DNA of 64,000 nt from Malacoraja senta (Eukaryota): positions 16,866,001 through 16,930,000 of the forward strand of contig CM075988.1 of NCBI GenBank assembly GCA_038087875.1, read 5' to 3'. Shown here in pieces: positions 62,505 through 64,000 of this stretch; the first letter of the stretch is position 1, and each line of letters opens with the position of its first letter. Position numbers and translations under genes: made by a program. The notes under the pieces were generated by a model. That model saw only the letters and a program-made list of their open reading frames with translations, was not told the origin of the DNA and searched no databases.

Positions 62505-62983
62505 TAAGATCGTTAGCGATAGGAGCAGAATTAGGCCATTTGGCCCATCAAGTCTACTCCATCATTCAATCATGACTAATCTATCTCTCCCTCCTAGCCC
62601 CATTCTCCTGCCTTCTCCCCATAACCTCTGACAGCCTCTATCAGTATCCTCAGTATATACCATATCTGCAGTTCCTTTCTGCACAAGGACATATTACAGC
62701 AGATGGTAGAAAGCCTTGACCAAAAGGGCAGGATTTAAGAGGCCGATTCTGCAGAGCGGATTAGTGAAGGGAATGCCAGAGTTTCAGGACTTGGCACCAG
62801 AAGGCATGGTCAGCAATGGCAATGTGAGCAAATTTGATCAGGATTGGAGCAGTATTTTTCTGAAGGTTAGTAAGTTTGGAGAGGTTACAGAGTTGTGGAG
62901 GCCATGGAAACAGAATGAGGAATTCTAAACCATAAAGCAGTTTAACCGGAAGATTGCAGGGCTAAAAAGAATATCCATCAGCA

Positions 62984-63270
62984 GGGCGGCACGGTGGCGC
63001 AGCGGCAGAGTTGCTGCCTTACAGCGCCAGAGACTCGGGATCGAACCCTGACTACGGCCGCTTTTCTGAATGGAGTTTGTACTTTCTCCCCGTGACTGCG
63101 TGGGTTTTCTCCGAGGTCTTCGGTTTCCTCCGTCACACCAAAGACGTACAGGTTTGCAGGTTTATTGGCAAGGTGTGTAAATTGTCCCTAGTGTGTGCAG
63201 GATAGGGTTAGTGTGCGGGGATCGCTGGTTGTCACGGTCGGTTTCCATGCTGACTCTGACTCTGACTGTG
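62984..63270 (+). mobile_element. V-SINE
   Basis: GGGCGGCACGGTGGCGCAGCGG head, core, and (TGACTC)n tail. Confidence 0.88.
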
Positions 63271-63771
63271 GACAGACCACAGAACCACTCAGGTGCAAAG
63301 TGCTTGGGATGACCCAAATCTATGACTTGCTTTTATAAATAGAAGCCTCTCTTCCGTTCCATTGACATGACAGACTGTATTGGCATTATTATAAAGAAGA
63401 AATGTGCATGGGATTAGAGGAACTCACTCCTGCTGATGAATGACTCTTGCAATTCCTGAGTCTTTTCACATTAATTGTACGAAGTTAAATTGTCTGAAGT
63501 TGCAAAGCAAGAGATGACTGTCCAGAAATTCAATCAGATAATACAACTGAAAATTGATTTTTTTTTCCAAGGGTGAAATGTGATAATAATTTGTTTGGAG
63601 TTGCTTTGCGTCACTGGGCACTTCAACTGGGCAATTCCTCGCAAGCCTCGCACTTCTGCCCCAACGTGACTTCAACCAACTTAGAGGGGTCTGTTAAAGT
63701 CTGGTTGTGTATTGGCCCCACTACACAGGAGCTCGCAGCTCATGAACAGACTAGGTGCAGAAAACCTTTTA

Positions 63772-64000
63772 AGGGGCTGTCCCACTTGGGCGACCTAATC
63801 CGCGACTTCTGGCGAGTTTGCCCTCGACTCATACTCGCAGCATGGTCGACACGAGGTCGTAGGAGGTCTTTGTAACTCTCCTTCATGCTCGGGAGTAGTC
63901 CTCGTGTACTCGAGGCCTCAGCCAGGACGCGGCGTATTTTTTAACATGTTGAAAAATGCCCGCGAGTAAAAAAAGGTCGCCATGGAAAGAATCGATACTT
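63772..64000. mobile_element. PIF/Harbinger-type MITE, runs off the window end
   Basis: TTA followed by AGGGGCTGTCCCAC; same family as 18051-18251. Confidence 0.8.

Noticed and set aside
62984..63055. tRNA-like sequences (this one and about 20 similar)
   Set aside because: They are SINE heads continuing into the V core, not complete tRNA genes.

Overview
Repeat-rich vertebrate genomic DNA, either intronic or intergenic. The repeat set (tRNA-derived V-SINE/HE1-like SINEs, CR1 LINE tails, Penelope-like elements [PLEs]) suggests a cartilaginous fish, probably a skate or ray; this is an inference. I could not recognise any host protein-coding gene, and most ORFs in the track are microsatellite or repeat artefacts. 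The only clearly protein-like frames are transposon-derived: a Neptune-type PLE GIY-YIG endonuclease fragment (1729-2421, minus) and CR1 reverse-transcriptase remnants. Four signals stand out. (1) A 139-bp TSD-flanked retroposon (390-528, minus) whose first 54 nt fold into a minimal CPEB3/HDV-like ribozyme, with G1 exactly at the element's 5' end. (2) A hammerhead-like core in more than 20 PLE terminal-repeat copies, many forming palindromic mini-elements with about 14-bp TSDs. (3) A TSD-flanked PLE insertion at 57652-58110 carrying an inverted copy of about 330 bp from 18.7-19.0 kb of this same window. (4) A local duplication that shows both the filled and the empty site of a PLE insertion. 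Also present are Harbinger-type MITEs, a Tc1 remnant, microsatellites and several repeat-free blocks that may be conserved non-coding elements. All structures were read by eye, and boundaries of degenerate repeats are approximate.
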